Shown one piece after another: positions 30,840 through 32,000 of a DNA stretch of 32,000 nucleotides. Numbering within the stretch: the stretch's first letter is position 1; each line of letters starts with the position of its first letter. Below the pieces are notes generated by a model. It made no database searches. It had not been told where the DNA came from and saw only the letters and a list, made by a program, of their open reading frames with translations. A program made the translations under genes and the position numbers. This stretch comes from an uncultured archaeon (GTDB lineage Archaea; Micrarchaeota; Micrarchaeia; Micrarchaeales; CABMGC01), in NCBI GenBank assembly GCA_963704435.1, contig OY969902.1, positions 60,001 to 92,000 on the forward strand, written 5' to 3'.

Positions 30840-31586
30840 ATGGTACAAATAGCAAAATATGAGAGAAGCGTGATCCCTGCTGTTGATGTAAAGCCCGAGG
30901 CGTTTACTAATCAGAAAGTTTCGCCTATGGACACATTTAAGAGTTTGGTAGAGCAGACGCATGATGTGGAAGGTATCGGAGGCTACAAAATTGGCGCGGC
31001 ATTGACAATCTATTATGGTTTGCCAAAACTGGTTAGAATAGTCAAGCGCTATACCGACCTCCCGGTTATCTTGGACCTTCAGAAAGGAATGACGGACATC
31101 CCTGACACCGGAGTGGGCGTTTTATCCGCAATTAAATCTTCAGGAGCCAGCGGCTTCATAGGCTTCCCTATGTCCGGACCTGCAACGCAAGAAGCCTGGA
31201 CAAAAGCTGCGCAAAATCTCGGGTTGCCAATAATCCTGGGAGGGGAAATGACGCATCCGAAATACAAGCGGAGTGAAGGCGGCTATATCTCTGATGATGC
31301 CTTGTCTGAAATATATCTGTTAGGCGCGAGGATGGGAGTAACCAATTTCGTGGTTCCTGGAACCAAGATTGACAAGATTAACTACTACCGGAGCATACTT
31401 GAGCCGGAGATAAAGGAGCAGATATCCTTCTGGGCCCCGGGATTCGTCACGCAAGGCGGAGTAATTACGGACGCAGCCAAAGCCGCAGGGAGATCATTTC
31501 ATGCCATAGTGGGCAGAGCGATATTCGAGGCTGAAGATATGCATTCCGCCGCGTTAGAGCTGACCAGCCAAATAAAACGTGATTGA
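30840..31586 (+). CDS. pyrF: orotidine 5'-phosphate decarboxylase (OMPdecase/HUMPS family)
   Basis: ORF track 30822 (TTG); ATG at 30840. GGYKIGAAL, ILDLQKGMTDIPDT (compare D.K..DIpnT) and C-terminal AIVGRAI. Immediately followed by pyrE (stop at 31586, next ATG at 31587). Confidence 0.7.
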   Translation: MVQIAKYERSVIPAVDVKPEAFTNQKVSPMDTFKSLVEQTHDVEGIGGYKIGAALTIYYGLPKLVRIVKRYTDLPVILDLQKGMTDIPDTGVGVLSAIKSSGASGFIGFPMSGPATQEAWTKAAQNLGLPIILGGEMTHPKYKRSEGGYISDDALSEIYLLGARMGVTNFVVPGTKIDKINYYRSILEPEIKEQISFWAPGFVTQGGVITDAAKAAGRSFHAIVGRAIFEAEDMHSAALELTSQIKRD

Positions 31587-32000
31587 ATGGAAAAACACGC
31601 GCTGCAATTAGAAAAACTTGGAAAAGAAATAACGCAAGGAGCATACCAAGAGGGATTGATAAGAACCTGGTACAGGGACAAGCCTGAAGGTTTTACTCTA
31701 GCAAGCGGCCTGTATAGCCCGCTCTACATTAACTTAAGGTTGATTTCTAGCGTTCCGAGCGGCAGCGCAGAACTTTACAGAAAAGCCGGAGAGGCGGTAG
31801 GACTGATGCTTGAAAATGCAGGTTTCGCGCCTGATGGAAAACATAGACTTGTCGGAGTGGCCATGGCGGGCATACCCCTCGCCAATGCAGTTACATTGAA
31901 CAGGGGAATCCCCTCGCTGTATACTCGAAAACTGCCCGAAGACGTCAAGACCCCGGAAGACGTAGACGCATACATGCACGCGCACGGTCAAAAAGCGCTC
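31587..32000 (+). CDS. pyrE: orotate phosphoribosyltransferase (5' part; runs off the window)
   Basis: Open frame from ATG 31587 to the window end (138 codons), so it is not in the ORF track. FTLASGLYSPLYINLR matches the recalled OPRTase N-terminal signature (f.L.SG..Sp.Yid.r). VGVAMAGIPLA follows. Confidence 0.75.
   Translation, partial: MEKHALQLEKLGKEITQGAYQEGLIRTWYRDKPEGFTLASGLYSPLYINLRLISSVPSGSAELYRKAGEAVGLMLENAGFAPDGKHRLVGVAMAGIPLANAVTLNRGIPSLYTRKLPEDVKTPEDVDAYMHAHGQKAL

Overview
Archaeal chromosomal window. Support: an HMf-type histone, archaeal-type PheRS alpha and beta, RFC large subunit, ThiI, a type-A-like RNase P RNA, tRNA-Glu, and TATA-box promoters 20-30 nt upstream of many starts. 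All calls rest on motif and pattern recognition by eye; no search or folding was run.

Backbone composition is GC-rich (60-nt lines I counted gave about 67% GC). Several blocks are clearly AT-richer (30-45% in counted lines).

Housekeeping and recognisable genes: homospermidine synthase, a bPH_2 membrane protein, DUF167, a presenilin-like intramembrane protease, histone, GNAT, thiI, rfcL, a HAD hydrolase, pheT and pheS, a class-I glutamine amidotransferase, two tandem hexapeptide-repeat paralogues, pyrF, and pyrE (partial).

Main findings:
1. A seven-gene, single-strand cluster (8244-15033) plus a distant paralogue (2172-2912) encodes surface proteins. Four of them end in a conserved ~88-aa two-helix hairpin that looks TrbC/VirB2 (T4SS pilin)-like. 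The hairpin is bracketed by invariant Cys residues and is mostly fused to PKD/Ig-like domains. The other cluster genes encode a PKD-PKD-HYR adhesin, a sequon-dense stalk protein and Cys-containing beta-rich proteins. No secretion ATPase is present in the window.
2. A compact RNase P RNA gene (17086-17324, minus) is invisible to the ORF track. Its 3'-terminal 72 nt are duplicated perfectly at 16311-16382. The two copies bracket a 775-bp RelE-like toxin/antitoxin cassette that has no integrase.
3. An analogous AT-rich nucleotidyltransferase islet is bracketed by the tRNA-Glu 3' end and an 11-nt (13/14) copy of it.
4. Smaller signals include repeated promoter modules with an exact 13-nt promoter-proximal motif, and tandem palindromic operators.
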